A DNA stretch of 61,246 nt from Chiloscyllium plagiosum (Eukaryota): the NCBI RefSeq assembly GCF_004010195.1, contig NC_057719.1, positions 11,603,216-11,664,461 of the forward strand, given 5' to 3'. The first letter of the stretch is position 1, and each line of letters opens with the position of its first letter. The position numbers were made by a program, and so were the translations under genes. Below are positions 60,831-61,246 of the stretch, one piece after another. Below the pieces are notes generated by a model, which was given only the letters and a program-made list of their open reading frames with translations, searched no databases and was not told the DNA's origin.

Positions 60831-61246
60831 TAGTATGGGCTGAAGTCAGAAATAGGAAAAGAGCAGTCACCTTGTTGGGTGTTTACTATAGGCCCCCCAA
60901 TAGCAGCAGAAATGTGGAGAAACAGATTGGGAAACAGATTTTGGAAAGGTGCAGAAACCACAGGGTAGTAGTCATGGGCGATTTCAACTTCCCAAATATT
61001 GATTGGAAGCTCTTTAGATCAAGTAGATTGGACGGGACGGTGTTTGTGTAGTGTGTCCAGGAAGCTTTTCTAACTCAGTATGTAGATTGTCCGACCAGAG
61101 GGGAGGCCATATTGGATTTGGTACTCGGTAACGAACCGGGACAAGTGATGGGCTTGTTAGTGGGTGAACATTTTGGTGATGGTGACCACAATTCTGTGAC
61201 TTTCACCTTGGTTATGGAGAGAGATAGGTGCGTGCAACAGGGTAGG
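60831..61246 (+). mobile_element. CR1 LINE ORF2 endonuclease domain, running off the right edge
   Basis: VWAEVRNRK..TLLGVYYRPPNS...GDFNFPNIDW...LDLVLGNE...GDHN, with one in-frame stop. Confidence 0.93.

Overview
This is a repeat-saturated, non-genic-looking stretch of a vertebrate nuclear genome. The repeat families (HE1-type V-SINEs with (AATCT)n tails, Deu-domain SINEs, shark-type CR1 LINEs and Penelope-like elements) point to a shark, probably a carpet or bamboo shark (inference). The first 3.7 kb is two related ~30-bp minisatellites, the second with an internal inversion. The rest is layered transposon debris: many CR1/L2 fragments, a full-length but inactivated L1-clade LINE (22246-29038) inserted in a Gypsy integrase relic, an RTE LINE, LTR relics, a spliced Harbinger Myb/SANT pseudogene and three Penelope-like element (PLE) families. 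No intact host gene can be supported; only weak orphan exon candidates were seen. The most interesting signal is a set of 95-215 bp PLE-derived insertions with 11-15 bp target-site duplications (TSDs). Most are fold-back hairpins, and their breakpoints fall on minimal hammerhead ribozyme motifs, in one case exactly at the predicted cleavage nucleotide. Repeat boundaries were read by eye and are approximate unless a junction is quoted.
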